From contig JBJBDL010000003.1 in the NCBI GenBank assembly GCA_047285305.1, positions 800,001 through 864,000 of the forward strand: DNA of 64,000 bases, in the 5' to 3' direction. The notes beneath the pieces were generated by a model. The model searched no databases and had not been told where the DNA came from. It worked only from the letters and a program-made list of their open reading frames with translations. Of the stretch, positions 51,490 through 64,000 are shown one piece after another. The stretch is from Synechococcus sp. (GTDB lineage Bacteria > Cyanobacteriota > Cyanobacteriia > PCC-6307 > Cyanobiaceae). Position 1 is the stretch's first letter. The number at the start of each line of letters is the position of its first letter. The translations under genes were made by a program, and so were the position numbers.

Positions 51490-52815
51490 GTGAACGGTTT
51501 CGACTCCGGCATCCACGCTCGTCGTCGCGCCCTGTTCATGGAGCGACTCGGCGCTGCCGCCGCGGTGATTCCGGCCGCGGCGTTAGCGACCCATCACGCC
51601 GACTGTGAATGGCCCTTCCGGCAGGACAGCGACTTCTTTTATCTCACCGGTTTTGATGAACCGGACGCGGTGGCTCTGCTACTGCCGCATCGACAGGAAG
51701 GCCAGCGCTACGTGCTGTTCGTGCAACCCAAGGACCCGGCTGCTGAGGTGTGGAATGGCTTTCGCTGGGGCACCGAAGGCGCGGTGGAGCGCTATGGCGC
51801 TGACTTGGCTCATCCGCTGGATCAGCTGAGCGAAAAACTGCCCGAGTACCTCGCCGGTGCCGAAGCCATCGCCTTCCGGGTGGGCCGAAACAAATCGGTG
51901 GAGTCGATGGTGCTTTCGGCCTGGGGGCGGCAACTGGATACCTACGCCCGCACGGGGACGGCGGCCCTGGGCCTGGTGGCACCAACGCCGATCCTGCATC
52001 GCCTGCGCCTGCGCAAGGAGCCCCATGAGTTGGAGCGTCTACGAGAGGCCTGTCGCATCTCCTCAGAAGCCCACGAGCTGGCCCGATCGATCACCCGCCC
52101 GGGCATGAACGAAGCCGAGGTGCAGGCGGCGATGGAAGCCCACTTCCGCAGCAACGGGGCCCGCGGTCCTGCCTACGGATCCATTGTCGCTGGCGGTGAT
52201 AACGCCTGCGTTCTGCACTACACCGCCAACACGGCCCCGCTTCAGGACGGTGACCTGCTGCTAATCGATGCTGGTTGTTCGCTGGAGGACTACTACAACG
52301 GCGACATCACCCGTACCTTCCCGGTGAATGGCCGCTTCTCGGCGGAACAGCGGGAGCTCTACAGCCTGGTGCTGGAGGCTCAGGAAGCTGCGGTTGCCGT
52401 TGTGGCTCCCGGCGGCACGGCGGAGGCGGTGCACGACACCGCCCTGCGAATTTTGGTGCAGGGCTTGGTGGACCTGGGCCTGCTGATCGGGAATGTGGAC
52501 GGCATCATCGAGCGAGGCGACTACCGCCACCTGTACATGCACCGCACCGGCCATTGGCTGGGTCTGGATGTGCATGACGTGGGGGCTTACAGGCTCGGTG
52601 AGCAACCTGCGCCCCTGGAGCCAGGCATGGTGCTCACCGTTGAGCCCGGTCTTTACGTCAGCGATCGCCTCAGCGTGCCGGAAGGACAGCCTGAGATTGG
52701 CGATCGTTGGAAAGGCATCGGCATCCGCATCGAAGACGACGTTGCCGTCACCGAGACCGGCCATGAGGTGCTCACCGCTGGCGCCCTCAAGAGCGTTGCT
52801 GCGATGGAGCGCTGA
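51490..52815 (+). CDS. pepP: Xaa-Pro aminopeptidase P
   Basis: FRQDSDFFYLTG, DITRTFP, GHWLGLDVHD, TVEPG, GIRIEDD. Confidence 0.96.
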   Translation: MNGFDSGIHARRRALFMERLGAAAAVIPAAALATHHADCEWPFRQDSDFFYLTGFDEPDAVALLLPHRQEGQRYVLFVQPKDPAAEVWNGFRWGTEGAVERYGADLAHPLDQLSEKLPEYLAGAEAIAFRVGRNKSVESMVLSAWGRQLDTYARTGTAALGLVAPTPILHRLRLRKEPHELERLREACRISSEAHELARSITRPGMNEAEVQAAMEAHFRSNGARGPAYGSIVAGGDNACVLHYTANTAPLQDGDLLLIDAGCSLEDYYNGDITRTFPVNGRFSAEQRELYSLVLEAQEAAVAVVAPGGTAEAVHDTALRILVQGLVDLGLLIGNVDGIIERGDYRHLYMHRTGHWLGLDVHDVGAYRLGEQPAPLEPGMVLTVEPGLYVSDRLSVPEGQPEIGDRWKGIGIRIEDDVAVTETGHEVLTAGALKSVAAMER

Positions 52816-52856
52816 TCGCCTCGATCAGCGGGGAGTTTCGCGAAGCACAGTTGCTC

Positions 52857-54197
<1,341 letters not shown>

Positions 54198-54221
54198 TTC
54201 CGCTCCTTAATTCAATGATGC

Positions 54222-54247
54222 AAACCTGCCTTCGGGCAGGTTTTTTT
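54222..54247 (+). terminator. Rho-independent terminator
   Basis: aaacctgcc-ttcg-ggcaggttt-tttt. Confidence 0.85.
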
Positions 54248-54303
54248 ATACCTTCCCGTTGCTTAGGTAGTACTGGGATGACGAACGGACAAACGACACT
54301 CTT

Positions 54304-54336
54304 AAAAAGGCCAGGTGCTCCCGCCCCTGGCCTTTT
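54304..54336 (-). terminator. Terminator of the beta/epsilon operon
   Basis: aaaaaggccagg...cctggcctttt. Confidence 0.8.
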
Positions 54337-54366
54337 GCAACTTCATCCTTGAAACAGGGGGATGAA

Positions 54367-54777
54367 TCAGTCGGCGGTTTTACTGGCCTGAAGGCGAGCG
54401 CGGGCTTCATTCAGCTGTTGCTGCGCCTTGAGTTTTTCCGGCGAAGCAGGTTGGCCTTCCATGCCAGCCACCACGGTGGAGGCTTTCTGGAAAGCGGCTT
54501 CGGCGGCAGCGGCATCTATGGAGCTGCCCAGTTCTGCCTTGTTCACCAGAACGGTGACTTCATCAGCATCTACTTCGGCAAAACCACCCATCAGAGCGAT
54601 GGAGTTCCAGGCACCGTTGGCACGCACCCTCAGCACACCGATGTCGATGGCGGTGAGCAGGGAGATGTGGCCGGGCAGGATGCCGAGTTGACCGGTGGTA
54701 CTGGGCAGTATCACCTCGTCGGCGCTGCCATCAAAGACGTTCTGGTCTGTTGCCAGCACGCGGAGGGTGAGGGACAT
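54367..54777 (-). CDS. atpC: ATP synthase F1 epsilon
   Basis: LPSTTGQLGILPGH, MGGFAEV. Confidence 0.97.
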   Translation of the reverse strand: MSLTLRVLATDQNVFDGSADEVILPSTTGQLGILPGHISLLTAIDIGVLRVRANGAWNSIALMGGFAEVDADEVTVLVNKAELGSSIDAAAAEAAFQKASTVVAGMEGQPASPEKLKAQQQLNEARARLQASKTAD

Positions 54778-54851
54778 GAACCTTGGTTCGAAAAGAGAAC
54801 GGACTGTCGAGAAACATGTGATCGAGGGTGTGAATCACACCCCCGCAGGGA

Positions 54852-56850
<1,999 letters not shown>

Positions 56851-56927
56851 GATCAGCCCCGCAGCATTGCGATTTGAGTCGCAACTCAGTCTCTCTAAAC
56901 CATCCTCTTCATTAGGAACCGCCTTCC

Positions 56928-58562
<1,635 letters not shown>

Positions 58563-58615
58563 TTGATGTACGGGTGGTCCGGAGACCACCCGATCAATCC
58601 AACTCAAGTCATGCC

Positions 58616-58641
58616 AAGAGGTCCTGCGGGGCCTCTTTTTT
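58616..58641 (+). terminator. groESL terminator
   Basis: aagaggtcc-tgcg-gggcctctt-tttt; an additional hairpin lies at 58571-58592. Confidence 0.85.
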
Positions 58642-58653
58642 ATGTGCTGATGC

Positions 58654-58683
58654 TGTCTTGTAAGAACTAGTTCTTACAAGACA
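58654..58683. promoter_or_regulatory. Perfect 30-bp palindrome, candidate operator
   Basis: tgtcttgtaagaact|agttcttacaagaca. Confidence 0.55.
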
Positions 58684-58783
58684 TGTGGTGCCTGGGGGTC
58701 GGCGTTGGTTGCCGGTCATGGAAGATGTGAGGTGCGGAGACGCGCCGGGTAACGTATTGCTGTGTATCGTTGTGTCGGGACAA

Positions 58784-59137
58784 ATGCCCCAGCGCCCCGG
58801 AGCTTTTGCCGCCCAGTTCTCTCCAGAGACGCTGCAGCGTTTCAAGGCCCTTTGTCGACAGCAAGACAAGGCCTACTCCAAGGTGTTGGAGCGTCTTGCG
58901 TTGTTGTATGTCGAAACGGATGGAGGCATTTTTTCCCCGGCCAGCACGGCTTCCGCTCCGTCAAAAGGCGTGCAAAAAAGGCAAGTCCAGGTTGAATCTC
59001 TGCAGAACAAGCTGTTGGAGGATCTGTTGAAGCGGGTTGAAATCCTTGAGAAGAAGGAAACAAAAACGTTGTACGAGCTTGATCGGGTCTACAAGGAAAT
59101 TGCTTTTCTGAAATCAGGCTTGCAAAGCCCTGAGTGA
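58784..59137 (+). CDS. Hypothetical protein: ribbon-helix-helix-like N-terminus plus coiled coil
   Basis: FAAQFSPETLQRFKALCRQQDKAYSKVLERL. Confidence 0.7.
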   Translation: MPQRPGAFAAQFSPETLQRFKALCRQQDKAYSKVLERLALLYVETDGGIFSPASTASAPSKGVQKRQVQVESLQNKLLEDLLKRVEILEKKETKTLYELDRVYKEIAFLKSGLQSPE

Positions 59138-59408
59138 TGTTTCTGACGTCTCACGACTTAAGTTCAAGGCCGCTACGGCTTTAACTCATTCAGGCCGCTT
59201 GAAGAACTCTTGGTTTGTTGATCTTGAAATACCGCCTCAGGTTTGCCTCAGCTTTCTGGATTCGTGCTCTATGTGCTTCTTTGAGTTTCTTCTGGCGCGC
59301 GAAATTGATCGGAACAGAGAGGCAAGTTGATGGGGAGCAATTCAACCATCGGGTTGAAGCTGCCTGCAAAGAATGCATGCTGAAAATTGAGTTTGTGAGC
59401 GGGTTGGT

Positions 59409-59636
59409 TTAGTTCAACCAGCCGGCACTCAGGATCACAGCCAAGGACAAAAACAACGCCAGGCATGTCCATGTCAGACGGTTCAACGTTGCTTCTGCGC
59501 TGCTGGCGCTGCTGAACATGGAGCTGCCGCTTGCTGCCAAGCCACCCATGCCATCACCTTTGGGGCTATGCAGCAGAACCAAGACGATCAACAGAAGGCC
59601 GGTGCCGATCCAGCTCCAGGACAAAATTGAGATGAG
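59409..59636 (-). CDS. secG: Preprotein translocase subunit SecG
   Basis: VLLHSPKGDGMGG, AEATLNRLTW. Confidence 0.96.
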   Translation of the reverse strand, partial: LISILSWSWIGTGLLLIVLVLLHSPKGDGMGGLAASGSSMFSSASSAEATLNRLTWTCLALFLSLAVILSAGWLN

Positions 59637-59638
59637 CA

Positions 59639-61276
59639 TCAAACTGAAAGAGGAAGGCGAGCGGTCTTGGGGGTGGGGTCCATGTTGGACATGGGTGCAA
59701 TCAGGCTTTGGCCAGTCATGGCCGCCGGTTGCGGAAGGTCAAGAATTTGCAGCAACGTCGGAGCGATATCGGCCAGCCCCCCGTTATCGCGAAGTGTGAT
59801 TGCGTTGCCATGGCCAGGCAGTTTGCGCCGTTCTCCTTCGATCAGAATCGCAGGCACAGGATTGGTGGTGTGGGCTGTCCAGGCTTGGCCATCCGGACCT
59901 TGCATCAACTCGGCATTGCCGTGGTCAGCAGTGATCAGCATGGTTCCGCCCTGACGTCCTACCGCATCCAACAACCGGCCAATGCAGGCATCCACGGTTT
60001 GGATGGCTTCTTTGGCGGCCTCCATCACTCCGGTGTGCCCCACCATGTCGGGGTTGGCGTAGTTGATCACAATCAGCGAATAGTCCGTCTTCTCAATGGC
60101 TGAAATACAGCTGTCGGTAAGTTGCTCGGCCGACATTGCTGGTGAAAGGTCGTAGGTGGCGACCCTCGGCGATGGCACCAAGTGACGGTCCTCTCCCGCC
60201 AGTGGTTGTTCGATGCCACCGTTCATGAAGTACGTGACGTGGGGATACTTCTCCGTTTCGGCAGTGCGGTATTGCTTCAGCCCGGCGTCTGCCACCACTT
60301 GCCCCAACAGTTGGTCGAGTGGCTCGGGGGGGAAGGCTACTTGAACGGGAAGATCCTGTTCAACCTGTGTGAAGGTGACCACATCCAACTCCGGAGTGTG
60401 GCTGCGCTCGAAGCCCTTGAAATCGGGAAGGCAGAGCGCTTGCACGATCTGACGGGCGCGATCGGGTCGGAAGTTGAAGACCAGAATGCTGTCACCGTCT
60501 TTGATGACGCTGTTTTGAAGCCGTACCGGTTCGAGGAATTCATCGGTGATGTCCTCGGCATAACTGTCCGCCAACACCTGCTCTGCCATCCGGCTGTCGA
60601 CGGCGATGTTGGGATCGGTGTAGAGGTTGTAAGCCTTTTCGATCCGCTCCCAGCGCTGGTCCCGATCCATAGCCCAGTACCGGCCACAGAGGCTGGCGAG
60701 CTGACCGACGCCGCTTTGGCTCAGGGCCGCTTTCACCTGGCTGATGTATCCCGGTGCGCTTTGGGTGGGTGTGTCGCGACCATCGGTGATGGCATGCACC
60801 GCGACATCGGAGATGCCGCTGTCGGATGCCCACTGGATTAGTCCACAGAGATGGTCCACATGGCTGTGGACGCCCCCATCGGAGCAGAGGCCGAGCAGAT
60901 GCAAGGTGCCGCCCCGCCTTTGGGTGCGTTCCGCTAGTTCCTTGAGTGCTTGCGTGTCGCCAAGTTGGTTGCTGCGCACCGTGTCGGTGATTCGCACCAA
61001 CTCCTGGCGAATGATGCGGCCGGCTCCAATTGTGAGGTGGCCCACCTCAGAGTTACCCATCTGTTGATCGGGGAGGCCCACATGCGAGCCACTGGCCTCA
61101 ATCAAGGTGTGTGGATAGGCATGCCACAGGGCATCCATCACAGGAGTCCCGCTTTGCTGAATCGCGTTGTGCTCGCTTGCGTTCCTATAACCCCAGCCAT
61201 CAAGAATGGCGAGAACGACCGGTGCCACTGTCCCGGAGCGTCCTGAACCGTTGGTAGTGCTTTTCCCCACGTTCAC
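59639..61276 (-). CDS. gpmI: 2,3-BPG-independent phosphoglycerate mutase
   Basis: [40 protein letters not shown]. Confidence 0.98.
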   Translation of the reverse strand: MNVGKSTTNGSGRSGTVAPVVLAILDGWGYRNASEHNAIQQSGTPVMDALWHAYPHTLIEASGSHVGLPDQQMGNSEVGHLTIGAGRIIRQELVRITDTVRSNQLGDTQALKELAERTQRRGGTLHLLGLCSDGGVHSHVDHLCGLIQWASDSGISDVAVHAITDGRDTPTQSAPGYISQVKAALSQSGVGQLASLCGRYWAMDRDQRWERIEKAYNLYTDPNIAVDSRMAEQVLADSYAEDITDEFLEPVRLQNSVIKDGDSILVFNFRPDRARQIVQALCLPDFKGFERSHTPELDVVTFTQVEQDLPVQVAFPPEPLDQLLGQVVADAGLKQYRTAETEKYPHVTYFMNGGIEQPLAGEDRHLVPSPRVATYDLSPAMSAEQLTDSCISAIEKTDYSLIVINYANPDMVGHTGVMEAAKEAIQTVDACIGRLLDAVGRQGGTMLITADHGNAELMQGPDGQAWTAHTTNPVPAILIEGERRKLPGHGNAITLRDNGGLADIAPTLLQILDLPQPAAMTGQSLIAPMSNMDPTPKTARLPLSV

Positions 61277-61383
61277 CCGTGCCCGACGGTTCTTAAGGAC
61301 TCTTGCAGAATCAACTTAACGCCACGCCAGCCCTCAAGCTTCAGTTTCAGCCAATTCCCACACCCCGCAGCTCTCAATTCTCC

Positions 61384-61935
61384 ATGGCCGACCCTGAACG
61401 GATCGAAATTCTCTCGGAGCGCGAGCTTGGTCTAACGCTGTCGCGTTTGGCGTCACAGGTGTTGGAGAGCGCCGAAGACAGCCGTCGATTGATGCTGTTG
61501 GGGATCCCCACCCGCGGCGTTCAGTTGTCCAAGGTTTTGGCACGGGAATTGGAGCGGTTGACAGGCCACGCCATCTTCCAGGGGGGCATTGATCCCACGT
61601 TCCATCGCGATGATCTGGAGCGCATCGGCACCCGTCTGCCCCAGCTCACGACTCTCCCCACCAGCATTGAGGAACGTCAAGTGGTTCTGGTGGACGATGT
61701 GATCTTCACGGGGCGGACGGTGCGTGCCGCGCTGGAGGCCATGCAGAGCTGGGGGCGGCCGCAGAGGGTGATGCTGCTGGCCATGGTGGATCGAGGCCAT
61801 CGTGAGCTTCCTATTCAGCCTGATTTCTGTGGCCGCGTAGTGCCTACCCGACGCAGCGAAACCATCGAGCTCCGCCTCAGGGATGTTGACGGTGAGGAGG
61901 GAGTGTTCCTCAGCCGACTCAGCCGGCAGGCTTGA
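61384..61935 (+). CDS. pyrR: PyrR (pyr regulator/UPRTase)
   Basis: GIPTRG, VLVDDVIFTGRTVRAA, DRGHRELPI. Confidence 0.96.
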   Translation: MADPERIEILSERELGLTLSRLASQVLESAEDSRRLMLLGIPTRGVQLSKVLARELERLTGHAIFQGGIDPTFHRDDLERIGTRLPQLTTLPTSIEERQVVLVDDVIFTGRTVRAALEAMQSWGRPQRVMLLAMVDRGHRELPIQPDFCGRVVPTRRSETIELRLRDVDGEEGVFLSRLSRQA

Positions 61936-62140
61936 GTTCGTCGGCGCGGAAATGGGCCTTGTAGCGGCCGAAGGCAACGATCACAGGAAGCGTTGGGCTG
62001 ATCACCCGACCCTTCCAATCATTGAGAACGTTCGCCACCTCTCCAGTCTGCCCTTTCATGTCAAAGGCTTGACCCCGGTGTTCGGGATGGTTGAACACAA
62101 CGACGGATGCCTCCACCGTCACCCTGTCGCCCGCCTGCAT
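61919..62140 (-). CDS. ftrV: Ferredoxin-thioredoxin reductase variable chain
   Basis: VVVFNHPEHRGQAFD.KG, WKGR.ISPTLP. Confidence 0.92.
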   Translation of the reverse strand: MQAGDRVTVEASVVVFNHPEHRGQAFDMKGQTGEVANVLNDWKGRVISPTLPVIVAFGRYKAHFRADELKPAG

Positions 62141-62170
62141 TGCACCTGAGTCATCCACGAGCTCATCTTG

Positions 62171-63016
62171 TCACGGGCTCGGGGACGAGCGTCGACAGAA
62201 ACTTTCCGGTCCGTCTTCTTCGACGCGACCGCCAAGGTCTCTGCAGCCCATCGAAAATGCCGTCCAGGGGTCCAGACCTTGGCGCAACTGATCCTCAACG
62301 GCGGCATCCAGCCTCTTACCGCTGATGACGTCGGCATTCACCGCTGGGTGCTGTTGGTGTTGCTGGGCCTCATCGAGGGCCTGAATGGCACTCTCCACCT
62401 CTTGACGTGTGGCACTTGCCTGCTGCTGCCACCAAGGATGGTCGAGTTTGTTGAGGCTGTCCAAGGCCTCCCACCAGCGTTCTTGCTCTACCAGTTGAAC
62501 CAGCCGACGCTGTTCCAATTGGTTGCGGTTCCAGATCTCCATCAGCGTTGCACTGAGTTGGCTGATGGAGCTGCGCGCGCCGCCTTTGAGGGGATCCAGC
62601 AATTCGAGTGCCTGCTTCAGGTCTCCCTTACGAAACAGAGCAATCGCCTGATCCATCAGGGCCTTGCGCCAGCGTTCGAGGGTCTTGCGATGGAGGGCAC
62701 GGTCGCCATGGCCCGAGGCGACCAGTTGCTGCTGCAGCGTGAGGGCAGCGATCGAATCGCCTTGGTCCCAAAGATGTTCGGCGTGCTTCTGGCGGCAGAG
62801 GGCCTGCTCTTCCGGTGCGCCCTCCCCCAACCAGCGCAGGGATGCGAGTTGCTCACTAGTGCGGATGCAGGCCTCGTAGTCGTTTGCATCGAGGGCGCTC
62901 TGCAGCCGCTCCGGCAGTTGTTGTTCCCACCAATAGGCACCTGTCGCAATCGCCAGTACCAGTCCCAGGGTCCCAACACTCCAGAGCCGTAGCAGCAGTT
63001 GACGCGGTGCCGCCAC
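62171..63016 (-). CDS. Hypothetical helical-repeat protein with N-terminal membrane anchor
   Basis: 281-aa ORF with host-like codon use. Confidence 0.75.
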   Translation of the reverse strand: MAAPRQLLLRLWSVGTLGLVLAIATGAYWWEQQLPERLQSALDANDYEACIRTSEQLASLRWLGEGAPEEQALCRQKHAEHLWDQGDSIAALTLQQQLVASGHGDRALHRKTLERWRKALMDQAIALFRKGDLKQALELLDPLKGGARSSISQLSATLMEIWNRNQLEQRRLVQLVEQERWWEALDSLNKLDHPWWQQQASATRQEVESAIQALDEAQQHQQHPAVNADVISGKRLDAAVEDQLRQGLDPWTAFSMGCRDLGGRVEEDGPESFCRRSSPSP

Positions 63017-63103
63017 GAAGGGTGGAGCTGAACGTTGGTTCTGTTCTATGGAGTGACGGCTCCCGTTCCAAGGGCCTGTGGACGGACGTCTTATCGGATG
63101 GTC

Positions 63104-64000
63104 TTATCGGACAGTCCCCAGCGTTGGCTGGGACCACGTCCGACCTGAACGCAGATCGTTGATCTCCAGCTGAAGCTGCGCTTCTTGATCAATGCTCCAG
63201 CGCAGCCGCAGGCAGTCTTCGCCCTGCTCTCCGGCGGGTTCCAGAGGCAGCACCAGCTCGATGCCGGGCCAAGGCTGGTGGGAGACCTCCCCGGCGGTCT
63301 GCTCTTGCAGGGTCGGCAAACCATCGATGAAGACCACGCTGTGGCTCCCCTGGGGGATGGGCTCCCCCAGCACCAGCTCCAAGCTGCGTTGGCCTGTCCG
63401 GCTAGCGGCCAGCACGAGCTCCAGGGGGGCTGCGCTCGGCCAGGGTTGACCGGCGACGAAGAGGGGATGCCAGCGGTGGCTGTTGCTGCGCTGATCCCAG
63501 AAACGGAGGGAAACGCCTTGTTGCAGCACATCCCGAATGGCGACCCCTGGCGTGAGTTGAAGCGCACCCAGGGCCACGGCCTCCACCGGTGGCGGTGTGA
63601 GCAAGGGCGCTGGCGCCGTGTGCTCGGAGAGCCACTGGCGCAGGAGGGGCAGCTGGGCACCGCCTCCCACAGCCACCACGCCCTCCAGATCTTCAAGGCC
63701 GCAGTTGTTGCGGCGACCGCCGGCGAGACAGGTCTCCAGCAATTGTTCGAGGGCGTCTCCGAAGCCGCGCTCCAGAAGAAGCGCGTTGAGTTCGCTGCGC
63801 GACAGGCGTAGCACATGCTCCTGCTCATCCACCGCCAACTCCATCAGGGGCTCGCGTTCGGCCAAGGCGGTGTCGCTCAGCCGGCATTTGAGCCGTTCGG
63901 CGGCATTGAGCAGGGGGGTGCTGGCGGGTTGACCCGGGCAACATCGGTCCACAATCCATCGATCGATGTCACGGCCCCCGAGGCGCAGCCCCGCCTTGCC
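63104..64000 (-). CDS. Hsp70/DnaK-family protein, 5'-truncated by window edge
   Basis: LGGRDID, AERLKCRLS, VGGGAQLP, EAVALGA. Confidence 0.88.
   Translation of the reverse strand, partial: GKAGLRLGGRDIDRWIVDRCCPGQPASTPLLNAAERLKCRLSDTALAEREPLMELAVDEQEHVLRLSRSELNALLLERGFGDALEQLLETCLAGGRRNNCGLEDLEGVVAVGGGAQLPLLRQWLSEHTAPAPLLTPPPVEAVALGALQLTPGVAIRDVLQQGVSLRFWDQRSNSHRWHPLFVAGQPWPSAAPLELVLAASRTGQRSLELVLGEPIPQGSHSVVFIDGLPTLQEQTAGEVSHQPWPGIELVLPLEPAGEQGEDCLRLRWSIDQEAQLQLEINDLRSGRTWSQPTLGTVR

Noticed and set aside
58659..58678. NtcA box within the 30-bp palindrome
   Set aside because: GTA-to-TAC spacing is 12 nt, not 8

Overview
High-GC chromosome segment from a marine picocyanobacterium, most likely marine Synechococcus (apcE/apcABC, a phycoerythrin-type linker and a permuted two-piece tmRNA). 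Core regions 1-8.4 kb and about 23.6-64 kb carry lpxB-like, msrB, smc, purB, glnB, queF, ccs1/ccdA, ftsW, tlyA, the apc operon, both ATP synthase operons, ald, nadE/nadD, pepP, CIRCE-groES/groEL, secG, gpmI, pyrR, ftrV and an Hsp70-like gene. A mosaic genomic island of about 15 kb (about 8.66-23.6 kb) sits directly behind the tmRNA. It appears to be two related elements in tandem that share a backbone (tyrosine recombinase, small membrane-protein gene, DUF1651-like gene) but carry different cargo. Main observations: (1) a 5.2-kb segment bounded by an identical 13-bp direct repeat that splits a DUF1651-like gene into halves in permuted order, as expected if a circle integrated through a site inside that gene; (2) an AT-rich two-gene operon encoding a J-domain protein and a tandem ORF6N-like/HNH nuclease, a candidate new defence or toxin module; (3) a 4+4 inverted iteron-like array; (4) a pair of degenerate structured repeats of about 180-200 bp; (5) a phycoerythrin-type linker with a CpcL-like hydrophobic tail. 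All family calls are from motif recognition by eye; no database searches were run.
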